Shown here: piece after piece, positions 1-8,415 of the stretch
Numbering within the stretch: position 1 is the first letter of the stretch
Layout: every line of letters begins with the position of its first letter
Assembly: GCA_964651445.1 (NCBI GenBank)
Contig: CAZYYW010000002.1
Span: forward strand, 66-64,065
Reading direction: 5' to 3'
Source: an uncultured Thiotrichaceae bacterium
GTDB taxonomy: Bacteria; Pseudomonadota; Gammaproteobacteria; SZUA-229
Length of the DNA: 64,000 nt
Notes under the pieces: model-generated
Database searches by the model: none
What the model was told of the DNA's origin: nothing
The model's input: only the letters and a program-made list of their open reading frames with translations
Translations under genes and position numbers: made by a program

Positions 1-144
1 CTGTTGGAAAAACAGGGTAACATTATTGGTGGTAATGATCTGTGGATTGCCGCACATGCGTTGACGCTGAATTTGACTGTCATCACTAACAATACTAAAG
101 AATTTAGCCGTGTTGAAAACCTGAGTATTGAAAACTGGGTGTAG
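1..144 (+). CDS. vapC: PIN-domain toxin VapC, C-terminal part (5' end lies outside the window)
   Basis: Frame 1 is open from base 1 to TAG at 142-144. The translation LLEKQGNIIGGNDLWIAAHALTLNLTVITNNTKEFSRVENLSIENWV has the typical VapC C-terminus (G-x-N-D-L-W-IAA-x-A, then (V/I)T-x-N-x-x-EF, then W). Confidence 0.6.
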   Translation: MLEKQGNIIGGNDLWIAAHALTLNLTVITNNTKEFSRVENLSIENWV

Positions 145-422
145 CCTCCTATCATCCATTTTGTCTGGCTCGCCTGTTGGACCGCACCAAACATAAAATC
201 CAGTGCTTTATGTTTGGTGAAGTTTTGTAAACATTGCTGGCGAAATTCCTGTTCGGTTGCGCCTTCTTTGGCGCAGATAAATGCCCACGGCAGTATCAAC
301 GTGTCTTTGATTAAGTCGGCAACATCAAATACTAATGCACCGCGTCGGGTTATACATTGCCATGTACTATCTGATGGTGTCAATTTTGTTATTATGTGCG
401 CTGAGACGTATCTTTCTATCCA
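145..422 (-). pseudogene. cas1: relic of a type I-F cas1 gene (only about 55-65 C-terminal codons recognisable; no start codon, native stop lost)
   Basis: The minus-strand frame is open from 422 downwards and has no start codon, so it is absent from the ORF track. It reads ...ITRRGALVFDVADLIKDTLILPWAFICAKEGATEQEFRQQCLQNFTKHKALDFMFGAVQQ. The recalled C-terminus of P. aeruginosa I-F Cas1 is ...KTRRGGLVFDVADLIKDSLILPQAFLSAMRGDEEQDFRQACLDNLSRAQALDFM.... Core similarity spans about 192-350. The roughly 260 N-terminal codons are missing. Confidence 0.6.
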
Positions 423-453
423 TCACTGTCAATAATCGCTGTACCAATAAGCC

Positions 454-642
454 ATGATAAAAAAATCAACGCCCGGTGTTTCACGAGAAGATCGCATTGC
501 CGATGAAGGTTTGGCGCGTCTGGAAAAGCACCTGAAAATGGGCAGTAAAATTAGCAAATCTGTATTACAGCAATGGATACGGCGTTATGGCGACGATGCG
601 CGGGCATTATTGCAACGCTATGATTACGCTTTTGAAGACTGA
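454..642 (+). CDS. hypothetical small protein (62 aa)
   Basis: An ATG ORF with no recognisable family. It lies between the cas1 relic and the Crp/Fnr gene. Confidence 0.3.
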   Translation: MIKKSTPGVSREDRIADEGLARLEKHLKMGSKISKSVLQQWIRRYGDDARALLQRYDYAFED

Positions 643-727
643 ATGGTTTTGTAATATCAAATAATGGTCGGTTACAGGGTTTAAAGAGAGTATTATTCGG
701 TTTAATGAAATTATCTGGGATTCGACG

Positions 728-1432
728 GTGGTTAAGCGAGTGACACTTACGCAATCATGGCAAAAAAATGCTGATTGCTTCAATTGTTCAATACGAAGCT
801 CTGCGCTGTTTAGTGGCTTAACAGCGCAAGATTTCGATCTTGTACATGCCACGGTTGAACAAGTCGATATGAAACCTGGTGATGTGCTTTACAAAGTGGG
901 TGATGTGGGTAACCACTTGTTTACTGTGCGCAGTGGTTTAATAAAGTTGGTACGGTATTTACCGGATGGAACACAGCGCATTGTTCGTCTTATGCATAGC
1001 ACCGATGTGATTGGTCTGGAAGCGTTGGTCGGTTCGAAATATGAACACGAGGCTGTTGTTTTGAGGCGCACACAACTGTGCCGCTATCCGCAGACGGCGG
1101 TTAAAAAGTTATGTCAGGACAACCCAGAGTTTCGTAAAGACCTGATGCAGCGATGGCAAAAAGCGCTGTCCGATGCAGATGCCTGGCTCACACAATTATC
1201 CACAGGCTCAGCAAAAAAACGCATGGCAAATCTGTTGCTGCGTCTACTCGAAGAGGGCAGCAGTGAGTGCCATTTGTTTGGTCGTGAAGATATTGGCTCG
1301 ATACTGGGCATCACGATTGAAACCGCCAGCCGTACTATTTCTGAGTTCAAGCGTCTGAACTTGATACAGGAAATTCGCTCTAATTACTTTAACCTTGATA
1401 TTGCCGGTTTAAATAAAGTCATTGAATCATAA
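728..1432 (+). CDS. Crp/Fnr-family transcriptional regulator
   Basis: A 234-aa ORF. It has a cNMP-binding-like beta-roll (GDVLYKVGDVGNHLFTVRSGLIKL) and a C-terminal HTH (REDIGSILGITIETASRTISEFKR). An N-terminal CFNC cysteine pair is present. The GTG start at 728 is uncertain. Confidence 0.75.
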   Translation: MVKRVTLTQSWQKNADCFNCSIRSSALFSGLTAQDFDLVHATVEQVDMKPGDVLYKVGDVGNHLFTVRSGLIKLVRYLPDGTQRIVRLMHSTDVIGLEALVGSKYEHEAVVLRRTQLCRYPQTAVKKLCQDNPEFRKDLMQRWQKALSDADAWLTQLSTGSAKKRMANLLLRLLEEGSSECHLFGREDIGSILGITIETASRTISEFKRLNLIQEIRSNYFNLDIAGLNKVIES

Positions 1433-1617
1433 AATCCAGCCGCAACCTTGGTCTGAAAGTTCGACCTGTTAGATCACCTCTTGAAACGTATAAGCTTGCT
1501 GCTTGCTGCATGACAATTATCAATGTCTATATTATGCGACGCTTATAAAATGTATTTGTGGGATTCCCTGGTTTTAACCCATTCCCGCGACCGACTCGAT
1601 ATTTGGAAAGATAAATA

Positions 1618-2040
1618 ATGTGTGCAACAGACGACCTATATTCTCGACTTGGCGGTGAGCCAGTACTGCGAACATTTGTCACTCAGCTCTATAATTTTAT
1701 GGATGCTAATACCGACGTCGCGCATGTGAGAAAAATGCATTCGACAGATTTGTCGCATGCGCGTGAGCGTTTGTTTATGTTTTTGAGTGGTATGTTAGGC
1801 GGGCCGGCATTGTATGTTGAAGCGTTTGGTCACCCACGGCTGCGTCGCAAACATATGGCTTTTCAAATAGGTGACGCAGAGCGAGACCAGTGGTTGATGT
1901 GCGCACAGTACGCCACTGATCAACTGAATCTATCGGGTCATCTTGCTGAAGAATTGATGAGCGCGCTAACCGTTATGGCAAATCACCTGCGTAATAAAAA
2001 TGTAAGCCATCAAGTTTCACCAGCGGCTGAAAACGGCTAA
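1618..2040 (+). CDS. glbO: group II truncated hemoglobin (2-on-2 globin)
   Basis: 140 aa. The stretch LYSRLGGEPVLRTFVTQLY...FLSGMLGGPALY...GHPRLRRKHMAFQIGDAERDQWLMC matches the trHbO signature (GGP..Y, P.LR.RH..F.I, RD.WL.C). Confidence 0.8.
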   Translation: MCATDDLYSRLGGEPVLRTFVTQLYNFMDANTDVAHVRKMHSTDLSHARERLFMFLSGMLGGPALYVEAFGHPRLRRKHMAFQIGDAERDQWLMCAQYATDQLNLSGHLAEELMSALTVMANHLRNKNVSHQVSPAAENG

Positions 2041-2079
2041 CTTCTTCTACAAAGCCATGCAATTACCACAGGAACAACG

Positions 2080-4752
2080 ATGAGTGCCAGCAGTACCAAA
2101 ACGACCTGTCCCTATTGCGGTGTTGGTTGTGGCGTTATTGTTACCATGCATGAGAGCGGTCGTGTGGAAGTGCAGGGTGACCCAGACCACCCCGCCAATT
2201 TTGGACGTTTATGTTCCAAGGGTTCGGCGTTAGGTGAAACGGTGCATCTGGCTGAGCGTTTGTTATACCCTGAAATGCACGGTGAGCAGATTAGCTGGGA
2301 ATATGCCTACGCACAGATGGCGGCTAAATTCAGCGAAGTCATTGAACAGCATGGCCCTGACGCGGTGGCATTTTATGTTTCCGGACAGTTGCTGACAGAA
2401 GATTATTACGTTGCCAATAAATTGATGAAAGGCTTTATTGGCTCTGCCAATATCGATACCAATTCGCGCTTGTGCATGTCATCGGCGGTTGCCGCGTATA
2501 AGCGTGCTTTTGGCGAAGACGTGGTGCCCTGTAGCTACGATGACTTGGAACGTGCGCAATTGGTTGTACTAGTGGGCAGCAATACTGCCTGGTGCCACCC
2601 GGTTTTATATCAGCGTATAGAACACAGCAAGCAGACAAACCCGAACGTAAAAATAATCACCATCGATCCACGGCGTACGCAGACCACCGATATTAGTGAT
2701 CTGCATTTGCCGTTGCGCCCTGGTACTGATGGCATTTTGTTTAATGGTTTGCTGGTATGGTTAGAAGCGGCGGGTGAACTGGATCAACATTTTGTTAGCA
2801 CTTCAACTGCCGGGGTAGAACAGGCATTGGCTGCTGCACGTTTGTCATCGCCTGATGTGAATACGGTTGCGGCTGCATGTGATTTAACGCTTGACGATGT
2901 TGAGCAGTTTTACCGTTTGTTTGCCCGTACTGAACGAGTAGTGACGGTTTTTTCTCAGGGAATAAATCAATCCAGCAGTGGTGTGGATAAGATTAACAGC
3001 ATCATTAATTGTCATCTATTGAGTGGACGAATCGGTCGCAAAGGCATGGGGCCGTTTTCCCTTACCGGTCAGCCCAATGCTATGGGTGGACGCGAAGTGG
3101 GTGGGCTGGCGAATCAGCTTGCCGCGCACATGGAAATTGATAACGAAACTCACCGAGACATCGTTGCACAGTTTTGGCAAACCACAACACTGGCAAAAAA
3201 ATCTGGGTTTAAAGCCATTGATTGTTTCGACGAGATAGAAAAAAATAACATCAAGGCAATCTGGATTATGGCGACAAATCCGGTGGTCAGCATGCCCGAT
3301 GCTGACCGTGTAAAAGCCGCGTTGGAAAAATGTGAGTTTGTTGTCGTTTCTGATTGCGTTGCGGATACCGATACGGCGAGGCTGGCGGACATTTGCCTAC
3401 CGGCGACTACATGGGGAGAACGTGATGGAACGGTGACTAATTCGGAGCGCCGCATTTCACGTCAGCGGCCTTTCTTAAGTACGCCAGGTTTGGCAAAACA
3501 TGATTGGCAAATTATCACCGAGTTTGCACAAGTAATGGGATACAAAGAGGCTTTTCCTTACCGTTCTACAGCGGAAATATTCGATGAATATGCCAGACTG
3601 ACTGCCTATAAAAAAGATGACAAACGCCAGTTAGACTTGTCCGGTCTGGTTGATATGACACTGCGTGAATATAACAATATGCAGCCAGTGCTGTGGCCCA
3701 TCACAGACAGAAAAAAACCACAAGTAAGCCAACAGATGTATCACGATAGTCTGTTTAGTACGGCGGATCGCCGTGCCCAGTTTATTGCGATTACTCCCAG
3801 ACCTCCCGCCGTTGCGGTGAGCGATGAATTCCCGTTGATCTTAAATACCGGTCGTGTGCGCGACCAATGGCACACCATGACCCGCACCGGCATGTCGCCA
3901 AGATTATCTGCGCACCGGATAGAACCCTTTGTCGAAATTGACCCCGATGATGCGGCGCGGTTTAATTTGGAAGACGGCAAGTTAGCGCAGATTAGCAGTG
4001 AAACAGGCGCTAGTATTTTTGTTCGAGTACGACTGACAAAACGCCAGCAAACCGGTTCTATCTTTGTGCCGATGCATTGGAACTTACAATTCAGTGGCAT
4101 GGCAAGAGTGGGCAGTTTAATCAAAACCGTGGTCGATCCGATTTCTGGTCAGCCCGAATTTAAACATGCGGTCGCCTGTATTAAACCTTGTGATGCGCGT
4201 TGGTATGGTTTTATTATTTCTCGGCATAAGCCCGCATTGAAATATTCACGCTACTGGGCGCGTTCGCGAGGCAAGGGTTTTTGGCGTTACGAAATTGCGG
4301 GTAAAGAGCAACCAGAAGACTGGGCGCTGCACGCTAAAACCTTGCTCAATGTAGAAGATGGTGAGGAATGGATAGAGTTTTATGACAAGACTGATGGTCA
4401 TTATCGTGCGGCACGGTTTATTGATGGCTGTTTAGACAGCGTGATATTTATTGATTCTTCAATATTGTTACCACCCAGAGACTGGTTGATTAGTCTGTTT
4501 CAGAAGGCGACTATTTCGCCAAAAGAGCGTGCCAGTTTGTTAATGGGATTGCCACCAGCAGATGTGGACGACACCGGTAGAATAATCTGTGCCTGTTTTA
4601 ATGTGGGTGAAAAAACCATCGCTAAGGTGGTGGCAACGCAGGGTGTAAACAGTGTCGAAGCGGTCGGAGAAATCTGTCAGGCGGGTACCAATTGCGGCTC
4701 CTGCCGACCAGAAATTGCCGATATCATACGACAGTGTGTCAGTCAGAATTAA
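2080..4752 (+). CDS. nasA: assimilatory nitrate reductase catalytic subunit (molybdopterin oxidoreductase) with a C-terminal BFD-like 2Fe-2S domain
   Basis: 890 aa. It has an N-terminal 4Fe-4S motif (CPYCGVGCG...C), a bis-MGD oxidoreductase body, and a C-terminal CACFNV...CGSCRPE motif. Confidence 0.85.
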   Translation: MSASSTKTTCPYCGVGCGVIVTMHESGRVEVQGDPDHPANFGRLCSKGSALGETVHLAERLLYPEMHGEQISWEYAYAQMAAKFSEVIEQHGPDAVAFYVSGQLLTEDYYVANKLMKGFIGSANIDTNSRLCMSSAVAAYKRAFGEDVVPCSYDDLERAQLVVLVGSNTAWCHPVLYQRIEHSKQTNPNVKIITIDPRRTQTTDISDLHLPLRPGTDGILFNGLLVWLEAAGELDQHFVSTSTAGVEQALAAARLSSPDVNTVAAACDLTLDDVEQFYRLFARTERVVTVFSQGINQSSSGVDKINSIINCHLLSGRIGRKGMGPFSLTGQPNAMGGREVGGLANQLAAHMEIDNETHRDIVAQFWQTTTLAKKSGFKAIDCFDEIEKNNIKAIWIMATNPVVSMPDADRVKAALEKCEFVVVSDCVADTDTARLADICLPATTWGERDGTVTNSERRISRQRPFLSTPGLAKHDWQIITEFAQVMGYKEAFPYRSTAEIFDEYARLTAYKKDDKRQLDLSGLVDMTLREYNNMQPVLWPITDRKKPQVSQQMYHDSLFSTADRRAQFIAITPRPPAVAVSDEFPLILNTGRVRDQWHTMTRTGMSPRLSAHRIEPFVEIDPDDAARFNLEDGKLAQISSETGASIFVRVRLTKRQQTGSIFVPMHWNLQFSGMARVGSLIKTVVDPISGQPEFKHAVACIKPCDARWYGFIISRHKPALKYSRYWARSRGKGFWRYEIAGKEQPEDWALHAKTLLNVEDGEEWIEFYDKTDGHYRAARFIDGCLDSVIFIDSSILLPPRDWLISLFQKATISPKERASLLMGLPPADVDDTGRIICACFNVGEKTIAKVVATQGVNSVEAVGEICQAGTNCGSCRPEIADIIRQCVSQN

Positions 4753-4774
4753 TCTGATATTGCTTAACTTTTAT

Positions 4775-4975
4775 TTATACTTCCAAATACCACTTGATGA
4801 CATATTTGGCAGCAAAGCCAAATATTCCCAGCCCCAAAGCAAAAAATAAAATCATCATGCCATAACGCCCGGCTTTCGATTCTTCTGCCAGTTTATAGAC
4901 AATAAACAGCATATAGCCAATGCCAAAGGTTAGCCCCAGCGTCAGTGAAATTTCGGTGAATTCTTTTTCAGTCAT
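4775..4975 (-). CDS. DUF2788-like small membrane protein (66 aa from the internal ATG)
   Basis: The track ORF 4775..5137 is probably over-extended. MTEKEFTEISLTLGLTFGIGYMLFIVYKLAEESKAGRYGMMILFFALGLGIFGFAAKYVIKWYLEV is a two-TM protein typical of DUF2788. The ATG is at 4973-4975. Confidence 0.55.
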   Translation of the reverse strand: MTEKEFTEISLTLGLTFGIGYMLFIVYKLAEESKAGRYGMMILFFALGLGIFGFAAKYVIKWYLEV

Positions 4976-5041
4976 AATGGTCGGTAGTATGCAGCACAGG
5001 ATAGACAGGCACAAACTATTATAGTTTCCTTCTGTTACAAA

Positions 5042-5202
5042 GGGCACCTCTAATAATTCATGGATTGGCATCTTGAGCCCAGAATTTCCAATAGTTACGT
5101 TACTAAGTACTTGCCATAGAATAACTATTACAAGCACTTAGCGCCTTGTTCTTGAACATCCCGAATCTCAATCTGCTCAAACCAGAATTAATAGAGGCAC
5201 CC
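5042..5202. repeat. 161-bp element bounded by 18-bp inverted repeats GGGCACCTCTAATAATTC / GAATTAATAGAGGCACCC (family C, short copy)
   Basis: The left IR is at 5042-5059 and the right IR at 5185-5202, with 15 of 18 positions complementary. The same IR motif brackets 7560-7923. Confidence 0.55.
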
Positions 5203-5320
5203 ATAACAGAATCAATTTGTTATAGTTAGCGGGCTTTCACTTGCCTTCGGTCTTTCGTCGAGCGATTGATTAACCTCAACTATCAACTACCGATTAACCA
5301 CCAACCAGCAATAAATTTTA

Positions 5321-6355
5321 ATGGATCCTTTATCGCAAGCCAGTTTCGGCGCCAGTCTTTCGCAATCGTTTGCCAGTAATAAGTCACAACAGCGTAGCGC
5401 CTTAGTTATTGGTGCAGTGTCAGGTATGGCGCCTGATCTCGATATACTTATTCGTTCTGCCGAAGACCCGATGTTATTTTTAGAGTTCCATCGCCAGTTT
5501 ACGCATGCACTGATTTTCATTCCAGTGGGTGCGCTGATATGTGCTTTGTGTTTTTATGCGGTGATGTCATCCGGCTGGTTTTTAAGAAAATGGCCGGCGG
5601 CTAAATTATCTTTTCGTCAGGTATATTTATTTTCTTTTCTGGGTTATGCCACACATGGTTTCCTAGATGCCTGTACCTCGTATGGTACGCAGTTGTTATG
5701 GCCGTTTTCATCACAGCGTTTTGCTTGGAATACAGTGTCAATTATCGATCCGCTCTTTACGTTACCGATTGTTGCGCTGGTATTATTTGCTGCCTACCGA
5801 AAAAATGCGCGCTATGCCCGGTTTGCTTTTGCCTATGCCATCATCTTTTTAAGTCTGGGTTTGGTGCAACACCAACGCGCTGAAAACATGCTGCATCAAC
5901 TAGCAGAACAGCGTGGTCATCAGGTAGAGCGTATGCAGGTAAAACCGAGTTTTGGTAATCGCCATTTGTGGCGAATGATTTATGAGTACGATGGTCGTTA
6001 TTACGTGGACGCGGTTAAATTGTTATGGCAGTCTGAAATAATAAACGGTACTTCTATTCAGAAACTAAATGTAAAACGTGATTTCCCGTGGCTGCCAGTT
6101 GAAAGTCAGCAAGCGAAAGACATCGAACGTTTCCGCTGGTTCTCGGACGATTTTCTTGCTGTAAGCAGGAAAGATCCAAATTTAATTATGGATGTGCGCT
6201 ATTCATTATTGCCAAACCGTATCAATTCGATGTGGGGTATAGAGTTAAGCAGGCAATTGATTAATGAAGGTAGGCTGGATATGCATGTGGGTTATGTCAT
6301 GAAAAGAGACACCAGCGAAGAAAAAATGAAACAATTTAAGGAGATGTTATTTTGA
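5321..6355 (+). CDS. YdjM/DUF457-like membrane-bound metal-dependent hydrolase
   Basis: 344 aa and multi-TM. The N-terminal MDPLSQASFGA and FTHALIF motifs resemble the YdjM family. Confidence 0.55.
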   Translation: MDPLSQASFGASLSQSFASNKSQQRSALVIGAVSGMAPDLDILIRSAEDPMLFLEFHRQFTHALIFIPVGALICALCFYAVMSSGWFLRKWPAAKLSFRQVYLFSFLGYATHGFLDACTSYGTQLLWPFSSQRFAWNTVSIIDPLFTLPIVALVLFAAYRKNARYARFAFAYAIIFLSLGLVQHQRAENMLHQLAEQRGHQVERMQVKPSFGNRHLWRMIYEYDGRYYVDAVKLLWQSEIINGTSIQKLNVKRDFPWLPVESQQAKDIERFRWFSDDFLAVSRKDPNLIMDVRYSLLPNRINSMWGIELSRQLINEGRLDMHVGYVMKRDTSEEKMKQFKEMLF

Positions 6356-6378
6356 AGTTTTTTGTCGCTGCTTGCCTA

Positions 6379-6912
6379 CTAGGGTTGCGATAGTTTTTTG
6401 AGAAAATCAATGTACTTGGTGTTGTCCCACTCACGTCCACCGATTGCCTGATATTTCACTTCACCTTCAGGGTTAATTAAAAAAGTGGTTGGCAAACCTC
6501 GCGGCTTCCATACTTCGGTCACCTGTCCATCAACATCCATTAAGCTGTTTAGTTCAACATCAATCGTCGCTAAAAATTCAAATACGGTATCTTCGTCTTC
6601 TGCGGTGTTGACCATCACAATCTGAAAATCACTTTCCTGCATTGCATCGGCGAGTTTTTGTATAACCGGCATCTCCTTTCGACAAGGGCCACACCAGCTA
6701 GCCCAGAAGTGCAGAAATACCCAGTTGCCTTTAGTGCTTGCTAGTTCAAATTTTTCACCATCAAGATCATACAAATTGAAATTTTGTGCCGCCCCGATGT
6801 CATAGTGGCGAATACCGAAGGGAGGCGTCATCTCATTTGCACTAATTGCATAGCTAACACACAAGCTGCAAATGATGAGTAAGAGCTTTAAAATACCTGT
6901 CGTTTTTCTCAT
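6379..6912 (-). CDS. TlpA/ResA-family periplasmic thiol:disulfide oxidoreductase
   Basis: It has a signal peptide and the thioredoxin motif WASWCGPC. The probable ATG at 6910-6912 overlaps the upstream gene's stop as ATGA. Confidence 0.8.
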   Translation of the reverse strand: MRKTTGILKLLLIICSLCVSYAISANEMTPPFGIRHYDIGAAQNFNLYDLDGEKFELASTKGNWVFLHFWASWCGPCRKEMPVIQKLADAMQESDFQIVMVNTAEDEDTVFEFLATIDVELNSLMDVDGQVTEVWKPRGLPTTFLINPEGEVKYQAIGGREWDNTKYIDFLKKLSQP

Positions 6913-7439
6913 GGTGTATCCTCGGCACAAAAAAGTTTATCGGTGCGAATGGTAATGGTTTTCCCCTGCTGCTGGTCGCCGGTGACAAATGTTGCGCGGA
7001 TGCTGATAGCTTTATTTGTAAAAGGTAAAGCTATGTTGCCGCCTTCACGTTCACCGGGAAGATAGTCCAATGCTTCAGGCAGCAAGGTCCAACGAAATGT
7101 GGATTGTTTGCTTAAAGGTATGTTCATCTCTTGCCAGCGTTTTTTCCAGTAGTCACGGTGCTCGCGGTGTATTGGTTTATCATTAGAGAAAAATTCCCAG
7201 TTTTTCAGGTCCAGCCATATTTTATTTTGGCTGGTATTTAAAATTCTGACGGTAATAATACATTGTTGTTTAAGAATACTGCGCATTTCTGCAGGAAAAC
7301 CGCGTGCTTCGTAAAATGATCCCATTTGGTTCGGTGTTCGCGGCGTGAATTGAACTTCCAACTCAGGGGTGGTGATGGTCACAGGCTGTGCCACCTGCAT
7401 AGTCGTGACTACCAGTAGCATGGGGATGATATTAATCAT
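6909..7439 (-). CDS. hypothetical exported protein (176 aa), translationally coupled to the TlpA-like gene
   Basis: It has an N-terminal hydrophobic signal-like segment and no family I can name. Its stop overlaps the tlpA-like start by 4 nt. Confidence 0.5.
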   Translation of the reverse strand: MINIIPMLLVVTTMQVAQPVTITTPELEVQFTPRTPNQMGSFYEARGFPAEMRSILKQQCIITVRILNTSQNKIWLDLKNWEFFSNDKPIHREHRDYWKKRWQEMNIPLSKQSTFRWTLLPEALDYLPGEREGGNIALPFTNKAISIRATFVTGDQQQGKTITIRTDKLFCAEDTP

Positions 7440-7559
7440 GATAAATTCTCAGGTTTAAGCGTGCTACAACCATGTTATAAATGTATGAACTGCATTTTTC
7501 TGGTTAAGGGTGGTTTTTACCATTGATGCGGATGCAAAGGATACCGATTACCTACTTTA

Positions 7560-7923
7560 GGGCGCCTCTATTAATTAGGTGTAGATTAGCATGCTCATGA
7601 CCTTACTCAACAATATTTGGCTAGTATTCCTTGATATGGCTTTTTGGCTACTGCTTGGGTTATTTGCTGCGGGTTTCATAAAATCATTTATTGCTGAAGA
7701 TACTTTGTTGCTTTTAGTTTGGTAATGGATTTCTTACTGGAATGGTTGTTGCGTACACAGCAATGGCAGATTACTGTAAATATGGGCGAAGCGCATACCA
7801 TGCTGCCAGGCATTGTTTCGTGGGTAAGCACCTTCATTTTACTGATACTGGCGATAAAACCGTTGCGCCGTAGGCTGCTTCCTCAATTGTCTTAAGGGTA
7901 CAAGCAATTATATAGAGGTGCCT
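7560..7923. repeat. 364-bp segment bounded by family C inverted repeats (GGGCGCCTCTATTAATT / AATTATATAGAGGTGCCT) that enclose a gutted permease
   Basis: The left IR is at 7560-7576 and the right IR at 7906-7923. The motif is the same as at 5042/5185. Confidence 0.5.
7591..7895 (+). pseudogene. COG0701/ArsP-like permease remnant with a large internal deletion (N-terminal 44 codons plus C-terminal 56 codons)
   Basis: 7591-7725 encodes MLMTLLNNIWLVFLDMAFWLLLGLFAAGFIKSFIAEDTLLLLVW*, which resembles the N-terminus of the permease family. 7725-7895 encodes MDFLLEWLL...VSWVSTFILLILAIKPLRRRLLPQLS* in another frame, joined through a TAATG junction. Full-length relatives are roughly 300 aa or more. 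Confidence 0.45.
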
Positions 7924-8047
7924 TTAAGCCTGCTATAAAAAAACTTGTAAATAAATTTCTTTATCATGCAATCAAATCACTGTTTTGTTCGTATTAGTGT
8001 TTAGGCACACATTTGTGTCTAAATATTAACCATAACGTGAGAAAAAT

Positions 8048-8338
8048 ATGAAAGATAAAGATCAAATACTCAAATCAACACTGGCAGGTGTACTGGCGCT
8101 AAGTGCAACCATGATGGCGAGTAGTGCTAATGCCGTACCGGAGACACCGAAACAATGGGAAAAATGTGCTGGTATAGTAAAAATTGGGATGAATGATTGT
8201 GGCTCACTGGACGGTAAACATAAATGTTCTGGTCAGGCAAAAATTGATAATGACGACAAAGAATGGGTTTATGTTCCTAAAGGCACTTGTACCAAAATTA
8301 CTGGTGGTTTTGTTGCTGCGGTTAAACCTGCGAAATAA
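8048..8338 (+). CDS. bufA: DUF2282-family secreted RiPP precursor (BufA1/GigP-like bufferin precursor)
   Basis: 96 aa with a Sec-type signal peptide (...[11 protein letters not shown]). Four Cys sit in the DUF2282 pattern: [41 protein letters not shown]. Confidence 0.8.
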   Translation: MKDKDQILKSTLAGVLALSATMMASSANAVPETPKQWEKCAGIVKIGMNDCGSLDGKHKCSGQAKIDNDDKEWVYVPKGTCTKITGGFVAAVKPAK

Positions 8339-8359
8339 TATAGCAACGTATTCGCGAGT

Positions 8360-8390
8360 CGGATGAAAGGGCTAGCCTTTTCATCCGTTT
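8360..8390 (+). terminator. imperfect hairpin plus TTT between the precursor and enzyme genes (possible partial terminator/attenuator)
   Basis: CGGATGAAAGG-GCTAGC-CTTTTCATCCG followed by TTT. The stem carries one bulge. Confidence 0.4.
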
Positions 8391-8415
8391 AGTCGCCATA
8401 TGAAAACCCCGTAAT

